From Lama glama (lineage: Eukaryota), in contig CM052816.1 of assembly GCA_028534125.1 (NCBI GenBank), positions 6,946,001 through 7,010,000 of the forward strand: a stretch of 64,000 nucleotides of DNA, given 5' to 3'. Under the pieces are notes generated by a model. The model worked only from the letters and a program-made list of their open reading frames with translations. It made no database searches and had not been told where the DNA came from. This document shows positions 1 to 14,077 of this stretch, piece by piece. How positions within the stretch are numbered: the first letter of the stretch is position 1; the number at the start of each line of letters is the position of its first letter. The position numbers and the translations under genes were made by a program.

Positions 1-600
1 ATTCGAAAAGATACATGCACTCCAATGTTCACAGCAACACTATTTACAATAACCAAGACATGGAAACAACCCAAATGTCCATCAACATATGACTGGATAG
101 AGAAGATGTGGTATATGTATACAACGAAATACTACTCAGTCATAAAAAATGAAATAATGCCATTTGCAGCACATGGATGGAAACAGAGATTATCATATTG
201 AGTGAAGTCAGATAGAGAAATACAAGTATCATATGATACCACTTATATGTGAATCTAAAAAAAAATGATACAAATTCTATTTACAGACCAAAAACAAACT
301 CAACAGACACAGAAAACAAACTATGGTTACCAAAGGAGAAAGGGTAGGAAAGGATAAGTTAGTGGCTGGGGATTAACAGACACACATTACTATATATAAA
401 ATAGACAAAAAACAAGGACCTACTTTATAGTACAGGAAACTATATTCAATTTCTTACAATAGCATATAATGGAAAAGAATCTGAAAATAAAATACATATA
501 CATGTATATGTATAACTGAATCACTTTGCTGTACAACTGAAACTAACATTGTAAATCAACCACACTTCAATAAAAAAAAATTTTTTTAATTAAAAAAAAG
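1..600 (+). mobile_element. LINE-1 3' end (ORF2 C-terminal remnant + 3'UTR + A-rich tail), cut by the window start
   Basis: Typical L1 3' text (gatacatgcactccaatgttcacagc...tggaaacaacccaaatgtccatc...ggaaactatattcaat...acattgtaaatcaac) ending in AATAAA and poly(A). Confidence 0.92.
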
Positions 601-1569
601 GCACTTGCCAAGTGCAGGCTATACAACAGAGGAACAGGATTCCAGCCAACAGCCACTGCTATAGATGAAACGCAGCTTGGTACCGTGGGAAGAGATTCAC
701 ACCACAGCAGTTCAGCCATTTAGTCTTTGGTGGGCTGGAGCCCATAACTCAACCTCCCTGAGGTCCAAGTCCCTCATTTACAAGACGAGGGGCCTGGAGG
801 AGGGTGCCTCTGGCTCTAAAATTCCCTAACCCTCATCTGTCATCCCTTCGCAAACCTTCCTCCAAGACCAGTGGTGGTGATTCGTCATTTAACTAGCATC
901 TTTTAAAAATGTTGAAGAAGAAAAAAAGAAGATTAACTCTCAAACTGAGTGTTTCCCATTATAAAACCTCATTTTCTCACTAAATACCGGATTAATGTTG
1001 TTTAAATTGTGTTGCCGGAATGAGTGGGGAAGGGGAGAAGTAATGAACTTCTGCTAAGCAAAAATGCTCATCAGCTGGGGAAGAAAAGCTAAATTAATGA
1101 GGAAGAAGCACTAAAAAACAATCACGTCAGGCCAGCTCTCTCTAGAATTATGTTATTAACAAAATGCAGCAAAACAGCAATTGGTTCAAAGCGGAGAACA
1201 ATGAAAGAGAAAAAGCAGTGGCTTGTTTACTCCCAGAACCCAGGAATGAGGAATGGGAAGGAAACTGTCAGCACAACATCCACCATAAGTAACCAAAATA
1301 ACAGGAACCACAACTGGTAAGGGCTTTCCATATATTATCTCATTTAACCCTCACAATCCAGGAAAATAAGCACCATCTCCATTTTACTGCTAAGGACACT
1401 ACATCTGGAGAGGTTTGCTTCCTTGCCCACACAGCTAGCAAATGACAGGCAGGATTTGAACCCAGATCTGAAATCAAATCTTGTTCTCACAACCTCCACA
1501 GCATCCTGCATCACTTTGGCTGGTCTCTGTTGGAGTATCAGTTGCCAGGGTACCCACTACCTAAGAAGG

Positions 1570-1920
1570 TGGTCCAATTCCATGGAACGTATCTCTTTGC
1601 TATAGGCATCTTTTTAAATTGAACTGAATGTGCCTTCTTGAAATTCTATGCAAAAAGCACCGATGCTACCCCCACCAACTCCCAACCCCGCAACCCTGGT
1701 ATTCCACAGAACCAACCATCTCACTCTTCCCCACAGCAGCCCTTCAGTATTTTAAATTGATCACACTGACACTTGTCTTCTCCAGGATAAAAATACCCCA
1801 TCCTTTTCCTTATTCCCAATTTGGCAAGGTCTCCAGACCCTTCCTGTCTCAATCACCTTCTTCTTCAGGACGTGCTCAAGTTTGACAATGAGATTCTCAG
1901 AGAACCGAATCCAAATTTTT
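1570..1920 (-). mobile_element. Ancient CR1/L3-like LINE fragment
   Basis: Resembles recalled L3 text (gaactgaatgtgccttcttgaaattc...cagcccttcagtatttt...ccagacccttc). Highly diverged. Confidence 0.45.
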
Positions 1921-2693
1921 AAGTGTTTCCCAGCCATCTCCTTCTTCAGTGTAGGCTGCAGAAGCTTTTCCTTTCAGTGTAGGCTTGCTACTTCTGTCAG
2001 TGTACTCCAAGAGCCCATTATCTGTATTAGCAGCCAGGTCACATATTGACTCCTAAGGGGCTTGCTCCCCCAAAGCTAAGACCTCTCTAAGTCTTTTTTC
2101 AAAGTGGCCTTCTTTAGCCAGTGAGTGACTCAGCTCCACTGTTCAACAATTAGCTGGCTCCCAGCAAAACGCAACCAAACAGAACTCACCAGACAAAATG
2201 GCCAAAGAAACTCATGTGTCCTGTCCCACTCAAAATTCATTTTTCTTTGTGAGCAGGCTAATTGTGATCAGTTGGTCCAATACGAATAGACATCTTGTTA
2301 ACAATAAAATAATCATCAACCCCTCATAATCCCTTAGGTGTGTATTTCATAAAACATTTTCCTATCAATAGCAAAAACTATTATTTTGAGCACCTATTAT
2401 AAGATCGGCACCAGGCAGCCTGATCATTCCTTATGATAATCCTGCCATCTGGCATTATTACTTCCTTTTTCCAGATGAAAAAACTGAGGCACAGAGGAAT
2501 TTAGTGATGCATCCAAGGTTTCACAACTACCTCAACACTTTCTCTCCTACAAGCACCAGGTCTGAGATTCAAGCCTAGGTCTACCAGATTCAAAGCTCAC
2601 ACCTTTTCCACCACAGCAAAATGGCTCCTGAGTCAAAACTTTCTGCATTGGTGCATCCTGGGCAGCTGAGTTTCTATCTAGTCATCTAACTTC

Positions 2694-3164
2694 TGCTGAC
2701 TGATATAAAAATGCACAACATGAGAGCCATTTCAGTTTTATTTGGGGACTTACTGAGGACTATAGCCCTGGAGTCAGCCTCTCAAACAGCTCCGAGGAAC
2801 TGCTCCAAGGAGGTAAGGGGGGAGGTCAGCACATATGTGATTTTTGGAGAAGGGGTACATGCAATCGAGCACACATTTGGTAGAAGGTTATTTGCTAGCA
2901 TGAGGAACAGTTATCTTAGTTAATGATTTTAGTGCTTTTCTAAGTATGGGAAGATGCAAGAAACTGGGTTCATAAAACTTTCTCTTGAATATAGCTAACT
3001 ATCTGAAGGGCTGTTCTGCCAGTTTTTTCCTAGAGCACAGAGTGCATCATTACTAATCTCCGCCCTGAACTCTTTTCAGGATATATATTGAAGGTCAGCG
3101 ACTGCACTGGCTAATGCCTCAATCCTTGTAGAGCCGGATGGTGAGTGATATTCTTTAGTTGGCA
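2694..3164 (-). mobile_element. ERV1-class solo LTR
   Basis: TG...CA termini, 4-bp TSD CTTC (2690-2693 / 3165-3168), minus-strand AATAAA near the left end. Confidence 0.8.
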
Positions 3165-5475
3165 CTTCTTATTTGATTATCAAAAACATCCTAAGATCCT
3201 GGGGAGGGAGAGACCAAGGGATTTGTCCAAGGTCCCAAAGGCTGGTCTTCTTTCTGTGTCCTCAGCAGCTAATCTCTTCTTGTCCTGGATCCAGGCACAG
3301 AGGGCCCCTCATCCTGCCTTATTAATCCATGCCCTGGTTTCTGGCTGAGGCTCCCAGAGCTCACAGGACCTATGCAGGGCCAACTCACATTCCCCACAGA
3401 GAAAACTAATCAATCTCATGTCCACCCACCTGTTCTCCAAAAGAGCAGCTGACCAGCCACAGCTGATAAGAGGGAGGTAATTTAAAGGTCAAATGAAGAC
3501 TGGATGTCTATCTGCCCTTCTTTCATGACAAATGTGTCTGAGACGTGAGCACAGCAACATGGTGATATTTTAAGATGAGTGGCTTATCGGAAACACTGAA
3601 CTCACCCATCCTGTGGCAGCCCCATTCTGGAGTTCCGAAAGGCAGAGCAATGGAGTGAAAACAGTGGAGGACTGGAAGGCAGGGAACCCAGGATACATAC
3701 TGAGTCTTAGCATCAGCTGCTGATCTTTGGCTCATGTTGCTTGAGCCCTTTGAGTCTCACTTTGCTCATCTTTAAAATGAAGACATCCTGTGAGCTTCCA
3801 TCAGAACAATGCTGTTAAGAATACAGAATTGTCCCCTGGATTTCTAATTTCATGCCATAAAGTCCTAGAATTTCAAGAACCCTTAGAAAGCAGCTAGCAG
3901 ATCAAGTTATAAGCAGCAAAGGAATCTCATACAGAACCCCAACATAACAAACTGATAAAATCCAAACCACTGCTCTGGTTGTCATAGAGTCGGGGACAAA
4001 GAGTCACCCCCCAACCCCAGCAGTCACCAGCACTTCTCTGGGACCTGAGTGCCCCAGGGAACAGTCTAAAGACCAGCCATCTAAAAGCCCATTTTACAAA
4101 TAAGAAGACTGAGGCTCAGAGAAGCAAAGGAACTCAAAGTCTCAAAGTGAATTTCAGGCAGGATCCAGACTAGAGTTCAGGGCACAGACATTCCAGCACA
4201 GCAGTTTCTACTACAACACACCACAAAGCTCATTCTCTGCCTCTGAATAACTATATGCACATGACATAAAATACTGTGTTCTAGATGGTGACATCTCTTT
4301 GCTTCAGTAAAACTCAATCCTGGTTGTCTCTAATACCTATTAAGAGCATCAGCTAATGTTTACTGAGCACTTACTACCCCTCAGGCACAATGCTAAGCAT
4401 TTTCATGTGCATTGCCTCGTTTAACAGTCTCAGTGAGCCTGTAAGGTAGCTGTTATTTTTACTCCCATTTTAGACACGAGGAAACTGGGGATTAATTAAC
4501 TACTTGCTCAAAGCCACACAGCCAGCGAAGAAGTAGAGCCAGCATCAAAGCCACAAGGCCTGTACTGACAACCCCCATGTTCTCCCACCCAAGTGCAATT
4601 TTTCTGAAGAGAAGGACCCTCAGCTCACCTGCCATTTTTTATTTTTATTTTTATTTTTCAGTTCAAAATGCCCCACTCTGAGAAGGAGAAGCAACACCTC
4701 GGCTTATTTTCTCCCCAAGTTCCTCACCTTGTGCTTAGATGTCAGTCAGCTAACAGGTCAATCTTCTCCTGGAAGAAAAGGGGGTAGCCTTTTGAATGGC
4801 CACCATGTGAAGGTCTCACCAAAACTGTGTCCTCCACCAGCCTGACACAGGCTAGTGACCTGACAGGTCTCCCAAGGTCACCAAGGCCACCACCAAGTCC
4901 AAGCAGGGCTCCTCAGACCCCAAAGCACAGAATAGTTACTGCAGCCAATTCCATGTTTCCCTCCCCTCCCCCATCTCACTTGCAGCTCATTCATCCGCAG
5001 CAGTTTTACAAGGTGGATAAGACAACGAACTCTAATGTGCACACAGCTTCTCTGGAGTCACGTAAGTTATTGTCAAGCCCAAATGCCAACCTTGGCTTTG
5101 GAAGGAACTACTTTCCACCAACAAATTCCTATAGCTTTTATTTGTCCCTGATCTTTTCTGCCTTGACCCCAAAAATGCCAGCTCTGCATAAGGCTGCTGA
5201 GACAAAGGCTATATATAAATGCCAGGGCACTGGCATTCCTATTTCAGAAGTAGTCGATACACTCCTACTTAAAGGTCTCACTCAACTCCCCAAGCTTGCT
5301 TCGGACCTGAGTGGCTGAGTCCTATTGGAAGGGACCCAAAAGGGAGATGCCAGGCAGACATCCTCTAACCTTAAACACAAGCTAGCAGGGACAGCTGGGA
5401 GAGCAGAACCAAATGCCAACTCAAACAGTGCTGTCCAGTTCTCCTAAAGGAACTCAGGTATCAGCTGGATCATTC

Positions 5476-6312
5476 TGTAACCAAGCGAGACCCTACTGTC
5501 ATCACTGGTGATCATCTGATATCTGTAATGGTGTCTATAACTGCTTAATAGTATAACGGTTTAAAGGTTTTTCTCATGCTCTTGCTAACCAGGGTTGGGC
5601 TGGAAAGGAGGAAGGCTTGGGTGGTCCACCCAACCCTCTCATGGTGCTGTGTGCAGGGATCACGCTCAGTACCCTGCTCTTGACCCCAGTGCGCTCCTCT
5701 TGATCCCAACACCTCAGAAATGGCAGTTGGGTGTTTTGTGCACCTTGTTGTTTATAACATGCCCCAACTGTGCATGTCTGCAGTTGGTTTTTTACCCCTG
5801 TGGTTTCCTTGTATCCTGTTGTTTGAGCTGCAGGCCTCAGCCTGAAACAGGAGGTCCCAAGCCTCAGCCTGCTTAAAAGGCTAAAAGCATTTATAAACTT
5901 GACTTTAAACTGTGCAAGTTTTTCTCTAGAGCTCTTTTCCATGGAGCCCTTTCCTAAGCATCCTTTGTTCTAGGTACAGGAGTATTAAGAGAGTCCCAAA
6001 GCCAGAGGTGAATATCATACCCAGCAGAGGGAAGGGGACCTGCTGCATTTGAAAAAACAAGAACAACTTTGCAAAAATTTGTTACCCTATATGTGATCTC
6101 TATGGAAACTAGCTCTGCCCCTTAAACTCTTGAATTTTTACTATAAAACTCCCTGCCTGCTCTCCCCAGAAGGCTCACAGTCTTAGAGGCATTAGCCCAC
6201 TGTCACCTTCTTTGCCTGGCAAAGAAATAAAGCTGCCTTTCTACTTCCTCCAAAACTCTGTCCTCAAGTCTCAATTCAGTAAGCAGGATACAGAGGCAGT
6301 GTTTCGGCAACA
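5476..6312 (+). mobile_element. ERV1-class solo LTR (837 bp)
   Basis: Starts TGTAACC, ends GGCAACA. 4-bp TSD ATTC (5472-5475 / 6313-6316). TATAAAA at 6142-6148 and AATAAA at 6226-6231. Confidence 0.85.
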
Positions 6313-6627
6313 ATTCTACAACCATGTAACAAATTACAGTCCCGGTAAGGATAGTGGAGGGTGATACTTAATGGCAAGGAAGAATATTCATGGTTGTCAA
6401 GTGGAAAAACTCTGTACAAAAAAAAATAGGACATTTCAGTTTTATGCTTTCAAAGCATATATACTTGTGCATATGCCAATAAAATAAACATTTAAAGATT
6501 TTTAATATGTTATTGTATGACCTATTTTTTATCATTTTTTAACTTAAAGTAGCATAAATATGTGTGTATGCACAAACTTCTGTGCTAGATTACTAGTGAT
6601 TTTCCTCTTTCTTAATTCCCTATTTTT

Positions 6628-7155
6628 GGTGGACAGCTATTGATTTTGCACACTCACATTCTACCTCTCCTTTGGGGAGCACTCATCCTGCCCAAACTGT
6701 CCTGGTAGGACAGTCATAGTGCTCCTGTCCCTACATCCATCACCTTCACTCACCCCAGAGACTGGCACATGACTCAGGCTAGCAAAGCCAAGTTCTCTGA
6801 GCCTCTGCACACAGTGGATGGTCTGAGCCTCTAAGTCTCTGAGACTTAATATCTGAACATTGTCAGAGAGAGGGCCTTGCTCTTCCTCAGCAATTTCAAA
6901 CTGAAAAGACCATAATCAGCCAAGAATTGTTGGGAGATTTATTATACTGCCTCCACTATATAGAGAAATTCTGCCTTAGAATGAAGGCAAGACAGTGCAG
7001 AAAACTGAGCCCCCTCCCCCCCAAAAATGGAGAAAGAGCCCTAATGATTGAGCTTCTGGATCTAGTCATGCCTGAAGCTGGAGTGATCTTGAAATTTCTA
7101 ATCATGCAATCCAACAGATTCCCTTCTTAAACTAATGTGAATTGGATTTCTATAA
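6628..7155 (+). mobile_element. MaLR (MLT1-like) LTR, old
   Basis: MLT1-type text (ggcacatgactcaggctagc...ctggatctagtcatgcctgaagc...ccaacagattcccttcttaaactaatgtgaattggatttc). Confidence 0.6.
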
Positions 7156-7344
7156 TAGACTTAATGTGTATGTTTTCTAATAAACAACTATATGTATATG
7201 TATATTACTTTTTGTGAATAATGGTAAATAAACCCAATCATTCTCAAAGCTATCAGTGTATTCCTCAAAGCTCTTTTCTCTCACTTTATAGCATCAGTTT
7301 TGCACTCCATACTCCTACATATTGTCAACTCATTCATTTTTCAT

Positions 7345-8330
7345 ATGTCAATCCAATTTAAAAATGGACAAAGGAAATATACATTTCTCCAAAGAAAGCA
7401 TCCAAATAGCCAACAAGTACATGAAAAGATATTCAACATTGCTAATCATCAGAGAAATGCAAATGAAAACCACAATGAGGTATCACTTCGTACCTGTTCC
7501 AATGCTATCATCAAGAAGACAAAAGATAAGTTTGGGTAAGAATGTGGAGAAAAGGGAATTCTTGTGCACTGTTGGTGGGAATGCAAATTGGTGCAGCCAC
7601 TAAGGAAAACAATACAGTTTCCTCAAAAAATTAAAAATAAATCTACCGTATGATCCAGCAATTTCACTTCTGGATATATACCCAAAGGAAATGAAAACAG
7701 TATAAAGAAGAGATCTTGTGCTCTCCCATGTCTACTGCAGCATTATTACAATAACCAAGATATGGAAACAAGCTAAGTGTTTGTCAATGGATGAGTGGAT
7801 AAAAAAGATGCAGTGTGTGAATATATATATACAATGCAATATTATTCAGCCATGTGATAAAAAGACACCTGCCATTTGTGACAACATGGATGGACCTTGC
7901 AGACATAATGCTAAGTGAGATAAGTCAGACAGAGAAAGACAAATACTGCATGATATCATCTGTATGTGGAATTTTAAAAAGCCAAACTCATAAAAACAGA
8001 GAGTAAAATGGTGATTATCAGGGGCTAGAGGGCCAGGGAACTGGTGAGATGCTTAAGGTAGAAACTTGCAACACGTAGTAAAAATATCCAAGAGATCTAA
8101 TGCACAGTATAGCGAATAAAGACAATATTGTATTATAATCATCAAACTTACTAGAAGACTAGATCCTAATTATTCCAACCACTAAAAACAAATGGTAATT
8201 ATGTGATGTGATAAAGGTGTTAATTATCACTATAATGACAATCATATTACATTATATAAATGTATCAAAGTGTTGTACATCTTAAATTTTCATAGTTTTA
8301 CATATCTAATACACTTCAATTTAAAAAAAA
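7345..8330 (+). mobile_element. LINE-1 3' fragment (disrupted ORF2 C-terminus + 3'UTR)
   Basis: ORF 7322-7603 reads [35 protein letters not shown], an L1 ORF2 C-terminal motif; stops and frameshifts; A-tail near 8325. Confidence 0.9.
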
Positions 8331-8824
8331 CCTCCCCAAATAAAAGGTAGATTTCTTGAAAAAAGGAGCTATGTCTATGTCTGCCTGAGTCCAAGATGCC
8401 TAGTACCACACACATTGTTCAAAGTAGGAACTCAGAAAGCTCCGTCCATCAGCAGGTGACATGTGTTTAGTTTAGATTTCTACCCAGGGGTTAAGTTGCT
8501 TTACAGCATTCTCACTCTCTCATCAAGTTCATAAAAAGAGTGCTGCCTGGGATTTGGGTCTATGTTCAGGCACAGAAGGATCAAACACAGAGTCACTGAA
8601 TGTTAGAGTGGGAAGACCCCTCAGCCATCACCAGTCCAGTGGTTTTCACACCAGTTCTACAAAGCCCTAGGGCTGTATGTGGATGTCAGGAGGCAGTGTC
8701 CCAAAATCTGATGACAGAAGCAAGTGATTATGGTGAATGAGCTAATTCCATATCCCTGTTTCTACCAGAACAGCCTCACTTAATCCACTGAAATACTGAG
8801 AGTGTAAAAAACAGTCCAGTACTT

Positions 8825-9400
8825 TCTATTTACAGTAGCCAACACATGGAAGCAATGTAAATGTGCCATCAATAGATGGCTGGATAAAGAAATTATGGTA
8901 TATATATGCAATGGAATACTACTCAGTCATAAAAAAGAATAAAATAATGCTATTTACAACAACATGGATGGACCTAGAGATCATCATACTCAGTGAAGTA
9001 AGCCAGAAGGAGAAAGATAAATACCATATGATATCAATTAATGTGGAATATTAAAAAATGATACAAATGAACTTATTTACAAAACAGAAACAGACTCACT
9101 AACATAGAAAACAAACTTATGGTTACCAGGGGGGCAGGGGGTGTGGAGGGATAAATTAGGGGTTCAGGACTTGTAGATACTAATTACTATATATAAAATA
9201 GATAAACAACAAGGTCCTACTGTATAGCACAGGGAACTATATTCAATACCTTGTAATAGCCTATAATGGAAAAATATAAAAAGGAATATATATATACATA
9301 TATATATGTATAAAACTGACTCAACATGCTGTATACCAGAAATTGACACAACATTGTAAACTGACTATCCATCAATAAAAAATAATAATAATTTTAAAAA
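8825..9400 (+). mobile_element. LINE-1 3' end
   Basis: ORF 8863-9054 (WIKKLWYIYAMEYYSVIKKNKIM..WMDLEIIILSEVSQ) is the end of L1 ORF2. A-rich tail; imperfect flanking repeat aaaaa(a/t)cagtc(c/t)agt. Confidence 0.92.
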
Positions 9401-10639
9401 TCAGTCTAGTGCCCTAAAAATTAGATCACAGATCCAACCAATGCTCTTATTTTATACAAGGGTGAGTAAGGGATGGGGAGGAGAAGGGCTTGATCAGGAT
9501 CCCTCAAGGGTCACTGACAGAGCTAGGTTAGAAATTGGTCTTCTAGTCTCTAGGTCAGTGCAAGTGCCACACCACTCTCTGCTTTCCAGATGCCTCTGAG
9601 CCTCCCATCTCCAAAGGTTTTTGAGGGCCCATTACAGTGAGTCTCCAAGGTCCATGAGACTCACACCAAAATCATCTGGGAGCTTATTAAAAATGCTAAC
9701 TGCTGGGTTCTACTCCAGATCTACTAAAACCTCTTGTCAGGTATGGGATCCCAGGATTGGCTTTTCAACAAGCTTGCACTAAAGTTTAGGCAGCACAACT
9801 CTAGAATCCATCCAGAAACTGAGCCTCTTGTCATTCTTATCTGGAAATCCTATTCCTTCCTACCAGCTCCCTGCCTGTCTAACACCTACCCTCCTGGGGA
9901 GTGGTAATTGAATGTCACATGTTAAGCATAATCCTAGAAAATCCTTTGTCATCATGCTCAAGTCCCAACAGCACAGAGTAATTAGATCTCGACTGGGGAG
10001 AGGCACAAAGGAATCATACATTAATGCAATTTGAAGTTTCCAAGGTTCATGCAATAAGGAAGACCAGGATCAGCAACGGAAAGCACAGCCACAAATTCCA
10101 AGTGAAGAGCAGCATGGGGGAGTCAAATAACCTTGGAACATACCAAATTTATTTCAGCTTCTATAAATTTGGTCCCCCATGTGGTGTTCCATCAAACAAG
10201 GACATATCTACGTGGTGGCAAACTTCATCCTTCACAATGTGAAGTGGTGATGGATTTAAAAGCTCCCCTTCCCTGGACTGGCTGCATTTTAACAACCTGA
10301 TTAAAAACTAAGAACACTTCCTGATCCTTCTCCAGACCTCTTAAGTAAGAAACCACAAGAGTGGAACCCTGGGATCTGTATTTTCATAAAGACTCCCATT
10401 GATTTTTATGTAGCCAGCCCAACTTCAAACAGTTGGGAACCCCCATACATGTCCACATTTGAAGGTTGCTGCATGCTATTTAAGAAAAAAAAGAAAGATT
10501 AGGGTAGGAAAGGCATACAAAAGAGGGCCTGGAAGGAATGAAAGAATTAGAAAGTCTCTATTTTGCAACCGCTAAAGAGAAGATGGTCTAGACAAGGTGA
10601 TCAGTGGACGTTAAACCCATCAGGTGAGAAGTTGATGGA

Positions 10640-11340
10640 GAACTTTGTCATGGTGGGACCAGGCTGACATCATAGGAATTAGGATAGCCTGACATTACAT
10701 GCCGAGGATGTGGTAGAAAAGGAAGAACACACCCATCATGCCCACCTACAAGGTCATCTAGCCTAAAATACTGAGCCTGAATGTAGTAACATGCTAGACT
10801 TAATCCCACTTTACAGGAAATATTGGGAATAAAAGAACAACTTAAACAACACCAGGAAGAAGTAATCAACCAAATCTGTAATGTGTGATCGTCCACAAAA
10901 GAACCCAAATTCTCAAACTTGTCCATGGTATTGAGATGGGGAGAACGAAGCATACTAGAAAACAGAGACGTAAGAGATTAATTACCAAACATTGCGTGAG
11001 AATCTTCTTTAAATTCTGATTTTAACAAACCAACAATTAAAGGGCAATTTTTGAAACAATCTGGGAAATTTAAATATGACTGGTTATAGATGAGATTAAA
11101 GGGTTATTATAAATGTTGACAGACACAATAATTTTTAAGTTTCTTTTCAGTTAAGCGAGATACGAAGTATTTACATCTAAAACGACATGATTCTGGCATT
11201 TACTTTAAAATGCTCCAGTTAAAAAAAAAAAAAGCAGAGATAGTTAAAACAAGATTAGCAAAATGTCTAAAACTGCTAAAAGTGGGTAATAAGTTTATCT
11301 CATTCTCTACTCTTGGGTAGTTCTAAACATCTCTTTACAT
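10640..11340 (+). mobile_element. Old L1 (L1MC/L1ME-like) 3'UTR fragment
   Basis: Resembles recalled old L1 3' text (aacaaaccaacaattaaagggcaatttttgaaacaatctgggaaatttaaatatgactgg). Confidence 0.55.
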
Positions 11341-13974
11341 ATATATATATATACATATATATATATTTTTTTAATTCCTGGCACTATTACTTGTCCCGAG
11401 TAGGAAATGAGTTCTAGTAAGAAATAGTGAGTGAGTAGGTAAGAGCGAAAAAAATTAACAAATAAATAAAAATATAATTGATTAAAGCATGAGAGGTGAA
11501 CTGAGCTCCTTCTCGGGGAATGCCCAATATAAATATGAAAATATCTCTTTAGCCATTCATTCATTTTTGGTTCGTTTGTATATCAGGCCTGATGTTTAGG
11601 TTCTGTGAAGTGAGAAGTGCCTTGGGGGAGGTCAGCGTCTAGCAAGGCAATCAAAATTAAAGCAAAATGTAACATACAAAATAATAATTAAGAAAAGCTA
11701 ATTTCATTGAGCCCTTACTCTAGGAACTGTACAATATCTAATTTAATCCTCACAACACCTTCAAAGGTAGCTACTATTATCCCCATTTATAAAGAAACTG
11801 AGTCTCAATAAAGTCAAGTAACTCACCCGAAGTCTCACAGGTAGTGATGGGGCAGTGGGGTCATCAGGGCAGAGGGAGAAAATGGGCTTGAGAAAATGGA
11901 ACCATTTCTTTCTTGTTTCTCAAAGAAATGAGTTCAGTGATGTAGAAGTTCACGTCCTTGCTTTGTACACCTGGGCAGCCTGGAAGGCCCAGGGGGGATG
12001 GAGGTGGTTATGTTGGTACCAGTTTTCTTTTGTCTCTGGAACAGGAAGGAAGCTTGACATATTTACGAAAGTGCAAACCACCAAAGAGGCTCAACGCATA
12101 AGACTATTTCCTCCTTGACTGTGTCTAATCTTCAAATTCAGTTCTGACCAGAAGAATCAAGTCTTTGAGGACTGAGGTATTGGAGTCAAACACACGTGGG
12201 GCTTGATCTTAGCCCAGCCATGGACCAGCCAGTGACCTGGGAGGCTCTCAGACTCTCTGTGTCTCTCTGTCCATGTATGAAGTGGGATGATGGTCACCCT
12301 CCTTCACAGGGTGATAATGAAATTTCCACATCATGTGTTTAACACCATGCAGGTGATAAATAAGTATTAGTTGCTACCAGTATGATGAAACTTGGCACCT
12401 TGCTGAGATTTTGCCTTCTTCCAGCCCCCTTGAGTTCACTGACCAGTGAACTTCAACTGGAAAGAACCAATGCCTGGCATACAGTAGGCAGTCAATAAAC
12501 ATTTACCCTGTGAATTAATATGCTACACGGTGATGTCTCTCCCACAGGCTTATAACATTACTGACTTTGAACATGCTCCTCAACCAGAATGCAAGTACAG
12601 AAGGTTGGAATTTGTCTTTCAATCTTGTATCCCCCATTCCATGGAGCAGGACATGAGAGACTCAACAAATGAAAAGACCTAAGTGAATAGCAATTAGCTG
12701 TGTCTATGGGACAGAGTGACCAGGGCCCCAGGCGCGTCCACAGCACAGCCTCAAGTTGAGTCCATTCCTACAAGAAACACTGCAAAATCTAACAAGTCCA
12801 GCAGAGATGATTCAAGCCTCAGGTGACCCGAAGCAATTTCTCCCGACATTGCAACACCCACCTCTTCTCTCCGCTCTGCCAGCCCAGGGAGGGGACATGT
12901 CCCTTCGGGTGATTTGCGATGCCTCCACTGGGACGGAGGGAATGCAGCAGCGGTGACAGTGCCTACGCAGGGATGCATGCAGCAGGCTGTCCTGCTGGAG
13001 AGATGCAGGCTGGCCACGGAGCCAAGCACTGGCTCCCCCAGGCACGGAGTGCTGCCGCGCTGACCACAGCAATTCATCATGTTTAAAAACCTGCCCACAG
13101 GAGGGGCCCTGAAAGGAGGCAGGGGAGCTGAAGCTGCAGGTTCTCAGGGAAATGGCCATTCTTTCTCAGGGCTGCGGTCTTTTTTTTTTTTTTTTTTTTT
13201 TTGCCTTTTTCACCAACCCTAAAAGGATGGTGAGAAACATCCAATCTGCAGGATGCTGGAAGCATGATCCAAGAAGGAACCCTCACTCTGGACTGAATAA
13301 TGAAAACAACTGAAGAAAACTCAATCTCTCGTAGGAGACAAATTCCCCTTTTCCTGCCAAATATCTCCTCCCATCCCAATCCTACCCTTCTGATTTAGAT
13401 ACTATTCTCTGTGCCAAAAAAATTTAAAAAAGCTCAGTTTTGAGACCCAGGTGGTCTAAGCCCAGCCACTGTGTGACCGTGGACAAGTCACTTCTGCTCT
13501 CTTGACCTTAGCTTCCTTATCTCTAAGAATAAAAGGGCGAGGGAGATCAGGGTGCACGAATTTAAATGATCGGGAGGAGGCAGTTTCCATATTTATGTGG
13601 ATATAAAATGACTGGGCAGATGGCAATGGTGCTAAGCCGCTTATACTGTCCACCTGACTAAAACCCTGGAAGGGTACAACAAAAAACACTGCAGAACGAA
13701 ACTCTCATAAGTCTACCTGTTTGTAACCCACACTTAGGACCTTTCCAATCCTATGAAATTCTTCACTTTCTTTCAATGGTATCTACAATTTTCTCCTATG
13801 GCACCGCCTCCTTGGCGCCTTGCCAGAGTTGGTAACCAGGTGTGCTCATGGGAGGCAGCAGCGGAGCAGGGCAAGAGATTCCCTCTCCCAAAGAGTGAAT
13901 GCACAGAGGTGAGAATGAGGAAGGAGACAGAGACAGACATGGGAGGGAGGGAGAGAGGCAAAGAAATCACTTCC

Positions 13975-14077
13975 TTTTTTTTTTTACATTTTCCCCCCTT
14001 AGCAGAGACACTGGGGATTGAATCCAGGACCTCGTGCACACCAAACACACTTTCTACTACTGTGCTATACACCCCCA
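13975..14077 (-). mobile_element. tRNA-derived camelid SINE (Vic-1-like), diverged
   Basis: Reverse complement has A-box/B-box head (gtatagcacagtagtaga...gaggtcctggattcaatccccag) and an A-tail. Confidence 0.75.

Noticed and set aside
4827..5318. 163-aa ORF upstream
   Set aside because: Non-ATG start, S/P-rich, no domain or splice support. Likely chance.
13800..13822. CTCF-like motif on the minus strand
   Set aside because: Several mismatches at core positions; not supportable without ChIP or a PWM score.
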